A stretch of DNA of 64,000 nt from a bacterium (GCA_963675755.2 CAXXMD010000003.1:2208001-2272000), one strand, 5' to 3'. Positions 9,645 to 19,710 are shown, numbered from the stretch's first letter. The notes: generated from the sequence alone by a model not told the origin. Numbers and translations are program-made.

Positions 9645-11450
9645 TCAAAGAACCGTTAATACGGCTGCTTGGCTTTTCATACTGCCGGAACGGTTTTTAA
9701 CCTCTACCGTATATTCAGCCGCGTCTTTGGATTTTGTTTTGCTAATTTTGTATACCGCTTTGGTTGCGCCCTTGATGGCTTTGCCGTTTCTGTACCATTG
9801 ATACTCTGCCCTGGGGACCGCCGCGACTTTTACTTCAAGCGTTGCTGATTGTCCCTTTTTTACTGAAATCGATTGGGGTTGTGACAAGATGATCGGGGCC
9901 AGTTGGGGCGTCCAGCCGCCCAGAACGTATGCAGGATTGGTATAATTTGTCAAGTGTTCCGCGTCTTTTTCCTTGTCCAATTGTCTTGAATCAGGATGAC
10001 GCTGGCTGACATCTACCGGTTTTCCATCACTCAGATTGGTGCTGTTGTATTCCCAGTAACGCACATTAGAGGGATCTCCGCCAATTTGTCCCCACCCGGC
10101 GGGAGTGATACCGTTCAGCGCGCAATTGATCAGCACGGCTTCGATATAGGGATAGGTAAATCCGCCATTCTCGGGAGCGCGGGCAAGCGTGGTTTCGCGT
10201 TCGCCCTGGGTGTCAAAGGTACAATTTACAAACACATTGCCGTGGTTGGCGTCTGTGTTGCGTATCCACATATATGGACCGTATGAAGTAATGATACAGT
10301 TTTGAAAAAAAGCGGCGCCGCGTCCCAGTATGGTATCTCCGTGGCCGTCAATACGAGAATCCACATAATAAGCCGTGCCGTTGGTTTGCAGGGCATCTCC
10401 CGAACCGCCAATGGTAACATTACTGACAAGGATTTTTTCACCGCTCACTAACAGTCCCTCTGCCTGCCCAAAACAGGTAGTTTTTATGGTGAGATTGACG
10501 AGATTGATGTTGCTTGAATTGTCCACCATAAACGCCGCACGCCGGGAAGGAAACGTGCCCGGCCATTCGTTGGTTTTCAGGTTCAGGGGATGAGGATTAA
10601 ACACCTCGCTGTTTGCGTAATGCACCACCACACCGTCCCTGCTTTCTCCCAAAATGGTTACGTTGGTTTTGTTGCGAAAATAGACAATTTCTTCATAATC
10701 CCCGTTTTTGATAAACACTGTAACCGGTTTGGTATAAAAATCGGGTATGAAATCCATGGCACCCTGAACGGTATTAAAATCTCCACTGCCATCCGAATTT
10801 ACGACAAGCCAGTCCGCATCCGCATCGGGCGGGGCGGATTTGGTGGTAAACACCCAGTCCGTTTTACCGGAAAATCCCTTAAACCCCCGGTCTTTAGTGT
10901 TAATTACCCCGGAATCGATCTGAACATAATAGGTCTTGTTGTATTGCAGCAGGTTGTTGTGCAGGTAGAGAGTTGCCGTGGTGCTGTCATGAACGATTAT
11001 AGGATAAAAGTGAAAGCCATCGGTAAATCCGCCGATAATGGTCAACTGGTAATTAAAGGGAGTAGGACGCGCCAGGCCGGAAGGAGTACCCGGCAGTGTA
11101 TTGGCGTTGGTGAAATTACCGGATTCGTACTTGTATGGGACCGGATTATAAATAGCACCGGGACACGGAGTGGGTTTTGTCGGTCCGGCAGGTATGTTCA
11201 TGTAAAGAATATCCACCAGGCTGTCATTGTCCGCGCAATAGACACGGATTTCTCCCGAATCCCCGATGGTTGGCGCTGACGGAAAGGTGAGCTCCAGATG
11301 AGTATCCGGATTTACATTGACTGCGTTATTTGCGGGAAACCGGGTAATTGCATCAGAGATATGAGAAGAGGATTGAGAAAAGAGCAGTGAAACACCTGCC
11401 AGCATCAAGCATGTGACATAAAACAGAATTGCTTTTTTCATGTTTTTCAT
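9645..11450 (-). CDS. Pectinesterase (CE8) family protein with an N-terminal Ig-like and a C-terminal immunoglobulin domain
   Basis: VVNSDGSGDFNTVQGAMD, IKNGDYEE, GQAEGL, IDGHGDTILGRG, LAR, YWEY; C-terminal PIILSQPQS...YQWYRNG...YTVEVKN. Confidence 0.85.
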   Translation of the reverse strand: MKNMKKAILFYVTCLMLAGVSLLFSQSSSHISDAITRFPANNAVNVNPDTHLELTFPSAPTIGDSGEIRVYCADNDSLVDILYMNIPAGPTKPTPCPGAIYNPVPYKYESGNFTNANTLPGTPSGLARPTPFNYQLTIIGGFTDGFHFYPIIVHDSTTATLYLHNNLLQYNKTYYVQIDSGVINTKDRGFKGFSGKTDWVFTTKSAPPDADADWLVVNSDGSGDFNTVQGAMDFIPDFYTKPVTVFIKNGDYEEIVYFRNKTNVTILGESRDGVVVHYANSEVFNPHPLNLKTNEWPGTFPSRRAAFMVDNSSNINLVNLTIKTTCFGQAEGLLVSGEKILVSNVTIGGSGDALQTNGTAYYVDSRIDGHGDTILGRGAAFFQNCIITSYGPYMWIRNTDANHGNVFVNCTFDTQGERETTLARAPENGGFTYPYIEAVLINCALNGITPAGWGQIGGDPSNVRYWEYNSTNLSDGKPVDVSQRHPDSRQLDKEKDAEHLTNYTNPAYVLGGWTPQLAPIILSQPQSISVKKGQSATLEVKVAAVPRAEYQWYRNGKAIKGATKAVYKISKTKSKDAAEYTVEVKNRSGSMKSQAAVLTVL

Positions 11451-11469
11451 ATTAACCCCTTTGATTTAT

Positions 11470-12660
11470 TTACTCTTTTGATAGTTTAAGCATTACAACA
11501 CCATGCGGTGCAGCCATGGCTGAAAAAGAATCGGTAATTGTCCCTTTATCGGCATGTTCCCATAAATCCCGAACTTTGAACGTGCCGGTCTCATTGATAT
11601 CAGCCAGTTGAAAAGTAACTTTATCCGCGGTATCTTTTTTATTAAACAGGATAACCGTTTTAGATCCGTCATGCAGCGCTTTGACCCACAGTTCGTGGTC
11701 GTTTTCTGATTTGATCCTTTTTCCCTGAATACCAGCCTTGTCCTGATTAATGGCAATGACTTCTTTATTTAGAATGATTGATTCAATTTCAGGCGTTAAA
11801 TATCGGATATCCGCACTCTGGATCAAAGGCGCCGCGACCAGACTCCAGAAACTGAATTGGGCTTTTTGTTCTTCAAATGTCTGTTGATTGTTGCGGGGAT
11901 ACCCTACAATCAAATTGTCGGGATCGTTCCAATGGCCTTTACCCGCATATGCTTCTTTGCCAACAACCTGATTCAGGTTTTCATACCAGTTTTCCCAGGT
12001 CACAATGGGATTTTTATCTATCCATTTAACAATATCTCCACCGGTCCGCCACATATTGGCAATTTCGCCGCCCCACAGATAGGTGGTATCGCTGTAAAAT
12101 ATACAAATTTCAAAGAGAAAGGGGCGACCGGTTGCATTTAAAAAGTTTCTCATTTTAGCGTAAATTTCTTTATCATTAATCCCTTCACGGTTTCCACAGG
12201 CATCATATTTCAGGTAATCCACTCCCCATTCCGCATAGGTGTTTGCGTCTATTTCTTCGTGATCATAGCTTCCGGGATAACCGGCACAGGTTTGGCTGCC
12301 GGAGGATGAGTAAATACCTAGTTTTAGTCCCCGTTCATGTAAATAGTCCGCAAGGGCCTTCATGCCGCTTGGAAATCGTGTCTTGTCGGCAAATTGACGT
12401 CCTTTTTCATCTCTTGTCATTGCCATCCAGCCATCATCCAACTGGACAATATTATAACCCGCTTCCACCAGACCTTTACTGACCATTGAATCTGCAACTT
12501 GCATTATGAGGTCTTCATTGATCTGGTCGATAAACGTATACCAACTCATCCAGCCCATAGGTGGTGTTTCTGCAATGATTTCGGGTTGTTCTTTTATAGT
12601 TGTGCAAGACAGACTGAGCAGAATTATACCTGATATTACAAGATACCGGAAGGACTTCAT
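11470..12660 (-). CDS. Glycoside hydrolase family 27 alpha-galactosidase, lipoprotein
   Basis: TPPMGWMSW, LDDGW, RFPSGMKALADYLHERGLKLGIY, WGVDYLKYDAC, WNDPD; lipobox LSLSC. Confidence 0.92.
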   Translation of the reverse strand: MKSFRYLVISGIILLSLSCTTIKEQPEIIAETPPMGWMSWYTFIDQINEDLIMQVADSMVSKGLVEAGYNIVQLDDGWMAMTRDEKGRQFADKTRFPSGMKALADYLHERGLKLGIYSSSGSQTCAGYPGSYDHEEIDANTYAEWGVDYLKYDACGNREGINDKEIYAKMRNFLNATGRPFLFEICIFYSDTTYLWGGEIANMWRTGGDIVKWIDKNPIVTWENWYENLNQVVGKEAYAGKGHWNDPDNLIVGYPRNNQQTFEEQKAQFSFWSLVAAPLIQSADIRYLTPEIESIILNKEVIAINQDKAGIQGKRIKSENDHELWVKALHDGSKTVILFNKKDTADKVTFQLADINETGTFKVRDLWEHADKGTITDSFSAMAAPHGVVMLKLSKE

Positions 12661-12787
12661 TATTTATCCTTTTTTATTTACTGTCAAAAAGTAATTTGGG
12701 GATTAAAGCTTTGGTTATTATACAACTTAAGCGTGAAATAGTCAATTGTTAAAATGGTTTATTTGTTACAAATGAAATATCATTTTT

Positions 12788-13555
12788 TTGATCGCGACGG
12801 AGTTAAGTGAAACGTTCTCCGTCACGGAAAAATATACCGTCATGCAGCATCCAAAAGTAGCCCACGAATTACATCCACCGGCAGGCGGACAAGCTCCAAG
12901 CACGAAAAACTATTTTTCTGGTTCCAGTGGCTCTGCCCTGGAACCCAAAGAGAAATTAACCACAGAGGCACAGAGATCACGGAGAAAAACATGAGGGGAA
13001 TATTTAATAATAGTAATAATAGTTAACCACAGATAAAGATATGTAAAATCTACCCCTCCTGATCGTGACGGAGATAAGTGAAACGTTCTCCGTCACGTGA
13101 AAAGATATCCCGTCATACCACATCCTAAAGCCGCCCACGAAACATAATTTTCCCTGGTTCCAGTGGTTCTACCCTGGAATCCAAAGAGAAATTAACCAAT
13201 GTGGCAGAGTGCATGGAGAAAAACATAAAGGGGTATATGTAAAAGCCCTAATAATAGTTACCCACAGATGTATCCGCCAGAGGGCGGAAAAGCGCAGATT
13301 AAACCTGTACCCCTTGATCGCGACGGAGATAAGTAAAGCGCTCTCCGTCGCGGAAAGAACTATAGCTATTTCTTTCTGGTTCCAATGGCTCTGCCCTGGA
13401 ACCCAAAGAGAAATTAACCACAGTGGCACAGAGATCACGGAGAAAAATATGAGGGCTATATGTAAAAATGGTAATAAGAGTTGCCTATTAATAAAGACAT
13501 ATACCCCCCCCCCTGATCGTGACGGAGTTAAGTGAAACGTTCTCCGTCACGTGAA
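12788..13555 (+). repeat. Composite repeat hub 2: four hairpin A copies separated by three homologous units
   Basis: Hairpin A at 12793-12826, 13064-13097, 13319-13352, 13518-13551 (periods 271, 255, 199 bp). Hairpin B at 12920-12945, 13156-13181, 13378-13403, each followed by CAAAGAGAAATTAACCA...GGAGAAAAA. Confidence 0.92.
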
Positions 13556-13698
13556 AGCCGGTCTAAATGTGTATTTCAGTAATATTAATTTCTTGATTCT
13601 TTTACCGGATTGTATTATTTTTTCAAAAGGGGATTATGGGGAGACCATTAACATTCCCAATATTTTATTAGTTTTAAAATTTAACAGGCAGCCAGAAA

Positions 13699-14166
13699 AT
13701 GAAAAAATTAATGCTATTCTTGCCGGTTTGTTTCGTAATGATTTGCAACTTTTCCTGTTCAAAAGATGAAAATCCGTTGGAGCAGGAAAAAGAATACCCA
13801 TATTTAGAAATTGTGTCAATGGACGAAAATTTTATATCGTCTTGCGAGGTATCATTTATTGGGGAAGATTCGGTTAATATCGTTATAGCACGCAACAGCG
13901 ATGTTGAATTTTTACATGTGGAAGCGCAAATTCTGGATACCTCAGAGGAACAAGGGTTTTTCTGGTTTTCAAATATTATTCTACCCACAATATATTTCGA
14001 ATTTGAAAATGATGAAATTGAATTTGGATACAAACATGATTACTATGCCAGCGAGGTGAAATTTATTTTTACGAAATGGGGAGATGGTTATGATATCACC
14101 AACGTTTTAGAGGTCATAACAATATTTAAAAAGCCATATTGGTTTAATCCACCATTTTATTTTTAA
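13699..14166 (+). CDS. Hypothetical lipoprotein
   Basis: Signal peptide ending NFSC-SKDENP; 155-aa ORF. Confidence 0.7.
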   Translation: MKKLMLFLPVCFVMICNFSCSKDENPLEQEKEYPYLEIVSMDENFISSCEVSFIGEDSVNIVIARNSDVEFLHVEAQILDTSEEQGFFWFSNIILPTIYFEFENDEIEFGYKHDYYASEVKFIFTKWGDGYDITNVLEVITIFKKPYWFNPPFYF

Positions 14167-14224
14167 AGGCATTAGCCAAATAACCATATATGTGAACTCT
14201 TTCGATAGACAAAAAGGGGGATTT

Positions 14225-15508
14225 ATGCAACGCGAGTATACCATTAATTTTAGCATGTTGTCAATATTAATTCTGATCAGTTTTTCATTAGTTATTACGT
14301 CACCCGTTTTGGCGGTATCTGAAGCAGCGGTTTTGTTTCTTAAAACATCGCCCTCTGTTCAGGCAAATGCAATGGGAGAGACATACGGCAACATAACGTC
14401 CACATCTCCCATGGCGGTCATTGTGAATCCGGCAAGTTTGGGAATGTTTGCACAAAAGAATTTTATGGGATATAGTTATTATCCTGAAAAAGCAGAATGG
14501 CACCCTGCCTATGGTTTTGGTCCAACTTTTGATGCCAGTTGTACAATAATCGGTATGAATCTGAATAGCTATTGGGACCTGCCAATCTCTATCGGTCTGG
14601 CAAGGTATGAGATTTGTTATGATATGGGCATCCAGACTATTGTTACTGAAGAAAGTCCCGAGCCTATAGGAACACTTGAAAGCTGGGAAAAAGGAACCGG
14701 CACTGCTGTTTCTGTTGCTATAGATTATCACGTCCGATTAAGTTTGGGATTTGCCCGTAAATCCATTGAATCCAAGTTGAGTTTTGACGTTGTTGATATA
14801 GACGCATATGATTTTGGATTGGTGCTGGAATATCCGCTAATGGAGTTGTTTGAGAATTCGAAAATGGTCCAAAAAATAATATCCAGTCAGATATCTCCCT
14901 ATGTGGATCCGGGATTTTTTTACAGTAAAACCAATATAGGAGATAAAATTCAATATTTCGAGTTTGATCCTCCTGATCCGCTGCCAAGGACAGTGTCCGT
15001 GGGTATCAATCTAAAGACCGGTTTTAGATATGAGGGTGAAAATGGCAGTTTCCCGTTGCTGGGGTTTAACTGGGCCAGAGAAGCAGAAGATTTGCTCATT
15101 GATGTTAATGCAGATAACAATTATTCCCGAGAGTATACATCCGGATTGCATGATATTGATTTTATAAAGAATGTTCTTCTCTGTAAAGGCAATGGCAAGA
15201 TTCTTACCAAACGAGGTTACGAACTGGATTTTCTGGGTTGTTATTTCAAGCGGTCCGGGTATTATGAAGATATTGAAGGCCGCGTTGTTTTCGAAACTGG
15301 CGGTTGGGGAGTGAATTATACCCAACCCTTGAAAATATTAGCTACTGTGCTTGATCTGGATAACAAGTTTTTGCGATTGCTCTCTGGTATCAGTTTCGAA
15401 AAACATGTTGCGGAATATATGCCCCATTATGGGCATCCTTTGTATGATACGGATTTTGAAAGCTATGTGATACGCTTGCAGAATTTTCAATTAGATGATA
15501 TTTTTTGA
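14225..15508 (+). CDS. PorV/PorQ-like outer-membrane beta-barrel protein
   Basis: Signal peptide then AAVLFLKTSPSVQANAMGE...NPASL, typical of PorV/FadL-like N-termini; C-terminal Phe. Start placed at MQRE (14225) after AAGGGGGA. Confidence 0.65.
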   Translation: MQREYTINFSMLSILILISFSLVITSPVLAVSEAAVLFLKTSPSVQANAMGETYGNITSTSPMAVIVNPASLGMFAQKNFMGYSYYPEKAEWHPAYGFGPTFDASCTIIGMNLNSYWDLPISIGLARYEICYDMGIQTIVTEESPEPIGTLESWEKGTGTAVSVAIDYHVRLSLGFARKSIESKLSFDVVDIDAYDFGLVLEYPLMELFENSKMVQKIISSQISPYVDPGFFYSKTNIGDKIQYFEFDPPDPLPRTVSVGINLKTGFRYEGENGSFPLLGFNWAREAEDLLIDVNADNNYSREYTSGLHDIDFIKNVLLCKGNGKILTKRGYELDFLGCYFKRSGYYEDIEGRVVFETGGWGVNYTQPLKILATVLDLDNKFLRLLSGISFEKHVAEYMPHYGHPLYDTDFESYVIRLQNFQLDDIF

Positions 15509-15537
15509 AAATTGTATAATAAAATTTATGGTGAAGA

Positions 15538-16716
15538 ATGAAACAATACACAACTCCTTTACTCCTCCAAGATGATAATGCGATACTGTTAGAAAAAGTT
15601 TCATTAAATGCAGGACTTTATAACGAGAACTGGATTCAACAAGTATGCTTTGAAAATCCATCTTTATTGCCAATAGAAGAAATTGAGCCTACATTTGGGG
15701 GAATGATCCCCATTTGTCGGGAATTATCGACACCATCAGGATTTGTAGATCTCTTGTATCTGAATGAATATGGATTTCTGACAATCGGTGAATGCAAATT
15801 ATGGCGGAATCCCGAAGCCAGGAGAAAAGTAATAGGGCAAATTCTGGATTATGCCAAGGATATAGCCAAATGGAATTATTCAAATCTTGAACAGGCATGT
15901 TTAAAGACAAGAAGAGACAATGGAAAAAGTTTGTTTGAGATCATTCAAGCCTATTACCCGGATATTGAAGAGGCCGAATTTATTGACCGGGTACAGAGCA
16001 ATCTTGCAAAGGGACGTTTTCTTTTGACTATTATTGGTGATGGTATAAGAGAGAATATGGAGGACCTTGCAAATTATATTCATAGCAATGGAAATATGAA
16101 TTTTACCCTGAGTTTAATTGAATTACCCGTATATAAAAATCCGGAAAATGACACTTTACTAATTACACCAAGAATCATTGCAAAAACTAAAGAGATTGAA
16201 CGAATAATTTACAAGCAGGTTGACGAGAACGTTCATGATATAGAACATGAGATTAAGGAAAAAAGTCAGACAATATCAGAACAGGTGTTTTTTGAGAGAT
16301 TGGAAGACTCGATTGGAAAGGAAAAAGCAAAAGAGTTGTTAAATTTTCTTGAAACGCTTAAAGTAGAGTTGAATATACAACGTGTGTTAGGCCGCGGAAA
16401 AAGACTGTCACTAAATTTAAAATCTTTTAATGATACATATAATTTTGCATCAATACAGCAAGATGGTGATGTGTGGTTTTATGGTATTGTGACCAAAACA
16501 AATCAGATTGGGAATCGAAAAATTGGTGTGAATTACTTGGAAAGCCTGGCTAATATTGTCAATGGAGAATTGATTGATACATATAAAGATTGGCATTGGT
16601 GCGTGAAAAGAAATGACCAATTTATCAATATTATTGAATACCTGAGTGTTAAAGATGAATGGAAAGAATTGCTTTCAAGAACATTGAATGAGATAGATGA
16701 GCTTGAAAATAATTAA
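15538..16716 (+). CDS. NucS/DUF91-like PD-(D/E)xK endonuclease-domain protein
   Basis: ENWIQ..P, REL...GFVDLL...IGECKLWRNPEARRKVIGQILDYA. Confidence 0.75.
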   Translation: MKQYTTPLLLQDDNAILLEKVSLNAGLYNENWIQQVCFENPSLLPIEEIEPTFGGMIPICRELSTPSGFVDLLYLNEYGFLTIGECKLWRNPEARRKVIGQILDYAKDIAKWNYSNLEQACLKTRRDNGKSLFEIIQAYYPDIEEAEFIDRVQSNLAKGRFLLTIIGDGIRENMEDLANYIHSNGNMNFTLSLIELPVYKNPENDTLLITPRIIAKTKEIERIIYKQVDENVHDIEHEIKEKSQTISEQVFFERLEDSIGKEKAKELLNFLETLKVELNIQRVLGRGKRLSLNLKSFNDTYNFASIQQDGDVWFYGIVTKTNQIGNRKIGVNYLESLANIVNGELIDTYKDWHWCVKRNDQFINIIEYLSVKDEWKELLSRTLNEIDELENN

Positions 16717-16938
16717 GTACACATCTGTTTTTTTTTACCAGATGTGCAAGTCTCCCAATAATTGCTCTCTTTGTCCCGTTTTTTTTATATTAATTGAAAA
16801 TTACTATAAACCCGTATTTTGATGTAAACAGAGTAACGTATTGATTCGTCATATAACATATCAAAAGAGAAGGGCAGGAGGAGGCTCTTTTGATAATCAA
16901 CTCTACAATTTTACAACCATCATGTCAAGGGGATTGCT

Positions 16939-17805
16939 ATGCGATTTAGGAATTTGTGCTGTTTGATTGTTATTACTTTAATAGTCATGTTGGGCTGCGA
17001 TTCTGATAAAAATCCGGTTGAGCCTGAAACCGGCTCGGGTTTGTATTTTCCAATGAAGGTAGGGAACGAGTGGCAGTATACACGAACGGTGATACTACCT
17101 GAAGCCTATCTGGAAATTGATACCAATTTAACCTCTAATATCATTAACGAATATTATGTGCAAAAATTAAAAAGTACGGATTATTTATTTGACTCGGTTG
17201 CTACATATATCCTGGAAGAAACAGCAACCATTGATAACTCGACGCTTGTTTCCAATGGTTGGCTTGCGAATGAAAAAGATGGGCTCTATTTTTATGCATA
17301 TCGTCAGCCTGTTTGGTTGATTCTCAAACAATCCCCGAAGAACAAAATCCTCTTTGGGGACAGGTATTTCAATTCTGTTCCGGAGGTCAGTGATTACTTA
17401 ATCAATGCCGCATCGGTTAACCAGGTGATGATTGATTCCATGATCTATGAAGATCCACCGCTGCTTTCTTTGCAATATCCATTGGAAACCGGAGCACGAT
17501 GGGATTATCGTACCCATAGCTCTCCGATCTCTAAAATTGAAAAAGTTGTGCTCGGCAAAGAACAGGTAGAGGTGCCCGCAGGCAAATTCGAGTGTTACAA
17601 GATACAATGGCTGTTCGAGTACGATCCTGAATGGTACGATCAGTTTAATGTTGAGTTTTATGATTTTGTCTCTAAAAAAGGATTGATCAAGCGGACCCTT
17701 ACTTATTCCAATGTAATGCAAGTGGCAATAGACGATTCTACCACAATCACAATCAACGACACAACCTACGATGAATATGTTTTAACAGGATTGAGCTTGA
17801 ACTAG
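16939..17805 (+). CDS. Hypothetical lipoprotein
   Basis: Lipobox MLGC; YFPMKVGNEWQY and VEVPAGKFECYKI motifs. Confidence 0.75.
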   Translation: MRFRNLCCLIVITLIVMLGCDSDKNPVEPETGSGLYFPMKVGNEWQYTRTVILPEAYLEIDTNLTSNIINEYYVQKLKSTDYLFDSVATYILEETATIDNSTLVSNGWLANEKDGLYFYAYRQPVWLILKQSPKNKILFGDRYFNSVPEVSDYLINAASVNQVMIDSMIYEDPPLLSLQYPLETGARWDYRTHSSPISKIEKVVLGKEQVEVPAGKFECYKIQWLFEYDPEWYDQFNVEFYDFVSKKGLIKRTLTYSNVMQVAIDDSTTITINDTTYDEYVLTGLSLN

Positions 17806-17832
17806 ATGGGGGGTGCCAATTTTCCAACTCTG

Positions 17833-17870
17833 ATACCGGGTTATTGATTGTGGCCCGGTATTTGTTTATT
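17833..17870 (+). terminator. Rho-independent terminator
   Basis: ATACCGGG...CCCGGTAT followed by TTGTTTATT. Confidence 0.6.
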
Positions 17871-17906
17871 GATTTGATAAAAAATCAGTAATGGAGAAGG
17901 AAAAAC

Positions 17907-18683
17907 ATGGACGCATTCAAGAGAACAATATTCGTAATTATTTCATTTATTATTTCTGGTTCTGTATTTGGCGAAGTTATTGACGGTCCCGCAAACATCC
18001 GGTTGAGTAAAAACGGACATGTTTTTATGTCGATTTTGGATGGTGTAACTGTGGAATGTACACAAATTCGTAATGACTGGTGCCAGATAGGGATTTCCGC
18101 AAAGCTTGATCCTGAATTATATAATATCGATTTTCCCATTCGCAAAGGCGATGAAATTTTTGACCGGGATGGCAATGTGGTGGGCACTGCCATGATGAAT
18201 ATTCCAGACTCGATGTACTTTGCCTGGACAGCCGGCGGGGGTTATGGTGTGCCGAAAAAGTATGGTATAGAGATTTACGGGTATACCCACAAGAATAATA
18301 TTCGGCCCGAATCCATTGTCGAAAACCGGCTGGTAGAAATTGTCAATGCAAATAAAGGCAATTTGGTACGCAGTTGCTTTACCGATCATATCAAAGAATT
18401 TAAATACGAACCCAGTTTTGCTGTGTTTGACATGCCGGAATATGACGCTGTTATGATTTTTGAAAATGCCATTGATGATCCTTCACCCATGTCACGGGTG
18501 CGGTTGATCTTTAATGGAGAAAAATTGGCCGCCATTGACCATTCACGTCCGATCTCCTTTGACGGACTGGAAAGTATAAACATGATCTGGGACCGAAAGC
18601 TGACAATTATTGAACACATGGAGCCCGAAAAACGGCAGCGTTTTATCGACATCTGCAATGAATCGTATATGGCAGTGGATTAA
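17907..18683 (+). CDS. Hypothetical exported protein, possible SH3-like N-terminal domain
   Basis: GGAGAAGG RBS, signal peptide, IDGPANIR...W motif. Confidence 0.7.
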   Translation: MDAFKRTIFVIISFIISGSVFGEVIDGPANIRLSKNGHVFMSILDGVTVECTQIRNDWCQIGISAKLDPELYNIDFPIRKGDEIFDRDGNVVGTAMMNIPDSMYFAWTAGGGYGVPKKYGIEIYGYTHKNNIRPESIVENRLVEIVNANKGNLVRSCFTDHIKEFKYEPSFAVFDMPEYDAVMIFENAIDDPSPMSRVRLIFNGEKLAAIDHSRPISFDGLESINMIWDRKLTIIEHMEPEKRQRFIDICNESYMAVD

Positions 18684-18771
18684 GCTTCATTTTTATGTTG
18701 AATTGCATTTACATGAATATTTTTCAAGTAAAAGTGTTTAACTGGAAGTGAGTTTAATCCAGGGTATTGCA

Positions 18772-19176
18772 ATGAAAAAATGTCGTGAATGTCAACACGA
18801 GGTCAGTGAGCAGGCAAAGGCTTGCCCGAATTGTGGTGCACCTTATCCCTATAAAGAAGAATGGGATGGATGGGGTTACGAGTTTAAAAGCAAAACCACT
18901 ATATTGGGGTGGCCTTTGCTTCATATCGCATTTAAATTTCGTCCCAATGGTGTACCTGTACCTGCCAAAGGGATCATTTCCATTGGGCAGTTTGGAATGG
19001 GCATTGTCAACATTTCCCAGTTTGGTGTAGGGTTGATCAGCATCAGCCAATTTACCATTGCGGGATACGCTATTGCCCAGTTTGCCATTGCTTATAAATT
19101 GATTGCACAGGTTGGATTGTTTGTGAACAGCGGTTATGGGCAGGTTGTGAAACGTTTGGTTGATTTGTTGAATTGA
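18772..19176 (+). CDS. Zinc-ribbon domain membrane protein
   Basis: CREC..VSEQAKACPNCGAP followed by (I/A)xQF Gly/Ala-rich repeats. Confidence 0.75.
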   Translation: MKKCRECQHEVSEQAKACPNCGAPYPYKEEWDGWGYEFKSKTTILGWPLLHIAFKFRPNGVPVPAKGIISIGQFGMGIVNISQFGVGLISISQFTIAGYAIAQFAIAYKLIAQVGLFVNSGYGQVVKRLVDLLN

Positions 19177-19210
19177 TATAAAAATTGTAGGTTTATAGAC
19201 TGGGAGTCTA

Positions 19211-19657
19211 TTAGAATCTGCTGTTGATCAATTTTTGCAGTTGATTGGAAAATTCTTCCCGGTCCCGCATGTTGAGTGGTGGTGGCCCACCGGTTTGAAC
19301 TCCATTCCCGCGCAGCTCGTCCATGAAATTACGGATAGAGAGTTGCTCGCCTATATTTTCTTCCGTGTATACACGGCCCCGCGGTGTCAATACCACTGCG
19401 CCTTTGGCAATAACTTCTGCAGCCATGGGAATGTCTGCGGTAATAATAATATCCCGTGATTGTGTCATTTGCATGATGTACTTGTCCGCTTGATCATAAC
19501 CGGAATCTACCCGGGTCATTTGTATGTATGGAGATGTGGGAACAGACAGGTTTTGATTAGCTACCAGTACGGTAACAATTTGCAGCCGGTTGGCTGCACG
19601 ATACAGTATCTCTTTGATGGGTTTTGGGCAGGCATCGGCGTCGACCCAGATCTTCAT
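19211..19657 (-). CDS. yaiI: YaiI/YqxD (DUF188) family protein
   Basis: MKIWVDADACP, ITADIPMA, TGGPPP. Confidence 0.9.
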   Translation of the reverse strand: MKIWVDADACPKPIKEILYRAANRLQIVTVLVANQNLSVPTSPYIQMTRVDSGYDQADKYIMQMTQSRDIIITADIPMAAEVIAKGAVVLTPRGRVYTEENIGEQLSIRNFMDELRGNGVQTGGPPPLNMRDREEFSNQLQKLINSRF

Positions 19658-19673
19658 AAAAATTCCTTTATTA

Positions 19674-19696
19674 TCCCGGGGAAAAGCTCCCCGGGA
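19674..19696. terminator. GC-rich intergenic hairpin (terminator or mRNA-stability element)
   Basis: TCCCGGGGA-aaagc-TCCCCGGGA. Confidence 0.4.
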
Positions 19697-19710
19697 ATGG
19701 ATAATATCAA

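Noticed and set aside
12788-13555. CRISPR array (34-bp palindromic repeats)
   Set aside because: Intervening sequences are 165-237 bp, homologous to each other and variable in length; the repeats are degenerate; no cas genes are present
12788-13769. Short ORFs at 12788, 13169, 13209 and 13551
   Set aside because: They are translations of repeat modules or overlap the next gene's upstream region, and lack an RBS
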